Position numbers and translations under genes: made by a program. The notes beneath the pieces are model-generated. The model did no database searches. It saw only the letters and a list, made by a program, of their open reading frames with translations, and was not told the origin of the DNA. A stretch of DNA of 64,000 nucleotides. Source: Chiloscyllium plagiosum (Eukaryota). Positions 62,009 through 64,000 of this stretch are shown here, piece by piece. Positions within the stretch are counted from its first letter, which is position 1. Every line of letters starts with the position of its first letter. The DNA is taken from contig NC_057720.1 of assembly GCF_004010195.1 (NCBI RefSeq), positions 25,688,427-25,752,426 of the forward strand. Direction: 5' to 3'.

Positions 62009-63884
62009 TCTCCTGATTAACCCTTTCAATAAATTATTCCAAGTAATATTCCCAACACCTTAAATGAAACACAACAAAATATCCAGCCTATTTGCCTGCA
62101 AGGTTTTTCTCTTTTTTTTTCTGAATGTGAATAGTATTGAAAAAACTTCACTGTCGTTTTTGATATTCTGAGCTCTGAGAAGAAAAAAACTCTTCATGTG
62201 TCAGTAGTGAGTTAGTTGTAATAGGGTTGGAGCAGCTATTGAATAGTAATACTTCAGTAATTGAATCCTTAAACCTTCTGAGAACTGATTTCAATAGGTT
62301 TCCTCTGTCATTCTGGACCACTGAGACATAGGGATTTTTAAAAGATCTACCGTCGCAACCAGATGCATACATGCTGCTGTCAAACCATTCTATAACACAA
62401 TGTTCAGATCTTTTCACTGCTCCCCTCATTTCCATTCAGGCAAAAACACTTGAAAATATGCTTTCAGGGTCTCTTTTCATTGTTGGACATATTTACACAG
62501 TTACTGCATCACTGTCAGTCATTGAACATTTGAGCTACAAATGAGGTTTCTGTTTTCCTGTGTCCAGACCTGTCCCTAGGTAATTCTATAAGAAGACAAC
62601 TTATGAATTTCAGACCCTGATGCAGTGACTAGTGAGTGCATTTCCATGCGAGTTGTGAGGGTTTGCCTATACTAACTTCTGTCTATATGTGTGTAGTGAT
62701 TGAGATGAATGATATTTGTAATACTGTGCCTCAGCTGCATGGACAGCATTTACTAAAAGGTCAAGGCAATCAATCATTTCTGGAAAAAAAAACTGCTTGA
62801 ATTTCAAATACTTCTGATTTAAGAATATAATTTAAATATTGGATTGTTTTAAAAATATTTATATTTAGTGGTTGATGCACCCCTATCAAAGCAAAAAAAT
62901 TCATAATTCATCTAAGTCATTTGTTGTGACAAGTGATGTGTGATTACTGAGAACACTTTAGAAACTGACACCCACATTGCCATCAGCACATTTTAATCCA
63001 AAACTCCAAATTGTGGTCTATCCATGTGTCAAAATATGAGTTTATGATGTACCACACATGAGTGGTCCCAGCTGGAACAAGTGAGCAGCTGTGTAACAAT
63101 GTGTTATCAGCTATAACTTTATAAAAAGAAACAATTGTAGTTTCAAGAAGATCAACACAAATTTGAGGAAAAACACCACTTCTTCCAATTATACACTTTT
63201 AACATTGAGTTCAACAACGTAAGACCGTGAATTGTTCCTTCATTTTGATTCTGTTTCTCTTTGCCATATGCAGGTCTGAATCCTGGTTTCCCTGTTTTTG
63301 TTGTGGGATGGTTCTGTTTATTGTTCTGACATTTACACTCAATGTGGGCAAATGCTTTGTTTCTGTACTAGAACTATTTTCACCCTTGAATTGTCCTTCC
63401 CAGTTGCCTCTAGGACTTCTGTCTTTAACTTACCCACCTTTAACCCTACCCTAGGCCTTCGCAATTGTTCTTCCTGCCCCTTTTCTGGTTCAATGGCATA
63501 AAATTCATCCTCAGTTTGAAGGAATCATATTGGACCTGGAATGTTCAGTTTTTCTTTCTGCACCGATGCTACCAGACCTGCTTGATGGAAAAAAAAGTAA
63601 TACTTAGAAATTAATATACTACGTATACTGAAGATTATTTTTTAAGTAATTTAAATTAGTATTATTATTTGTATTAAATTAGTGTTATTTGCAAGTTTTA
63701 CAGATTTTTTCTTCTGGACTGTTGATTATTTGTTACATTTATTTTGGATTTCCAGCATTATAATACTTTGCTTTTGTTCTATTCTGATTTCAATGTAAGT
63801 TCTTTGCAAGAGAGTCTTTTGCTTTACTCTGTCCAGTAAAACTGGCAGCACTGAGCTGAAAATGCACATTTAATTGTCAACTCT

Positions 63885-64000
63885 AGTTTAGGTGATGGCT
63901 CTCCTCTGAGTCAGGAGATGGTGTGTTCAAGTCCCACTCCAGAGATTTAATACAAAACTCCAGGCTGAACCTCCAGTGCAATTTTAAAGGCATGCCGAAC
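63885..64000 (+). mobile_element. Old tRNA-headed SINE (DeuSINE/SacSINE1-like), cut by the window end
   Basis: ctctgagtcag...gttcaagtcccactccagaga (B-box-like)...ggctga..ctccagtgca recalled as a shark Deu-type SINE head. Confidence 0.5.

Noticed and set aside
62148..62435. 95-aa minus-strand ORF in unique DNA
   Set aside because: No recognisable domain or splice context; length within chance range

Overview
This is repeat-dense vertebrate DNA, almost certainly from a cartilaginous fish (shark). The evidence is HE1/V-SINE-type SINEs and CR1 LINEs that share their 3' tail. I recognise no host protein-coding gene; nearly every long ORF is a transposon fragment or its antisense shadow. Contents: many CR1 LINE fragments (one near full length with an SGNH-esterase ORF1, ~58.0-62.0 kb), a second CR1/L2-group family, a Rex1/Babar 3' end, Penelope-like elements (PLEs) of two types, a decayed Gypsy LTR element with extra LTR copies, Harbinger transposase fossils, a Tx1-like 3'-end array, a 39-bp minisatellite and a 172-N assembly gap. 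The most notable hidden structure is that three unrelated short repeat families each carry a minimal type-I hammerhead ribozyme core (CUGANGA-stem II-GAAA-palindromic tetramer-UH). Several copies are discrete 100-450 bp insertions with 7-15 bp target-site duplications (TSDs), often as fold-backs. Also notable: a Gypsy LTR split by a composite insertion that re-copies its target site several times, a twin-priming-like CR1 inversion, and a locally templated patch inside an LTR. Family names come from motif recognition only, and most element boundaries are approximate.
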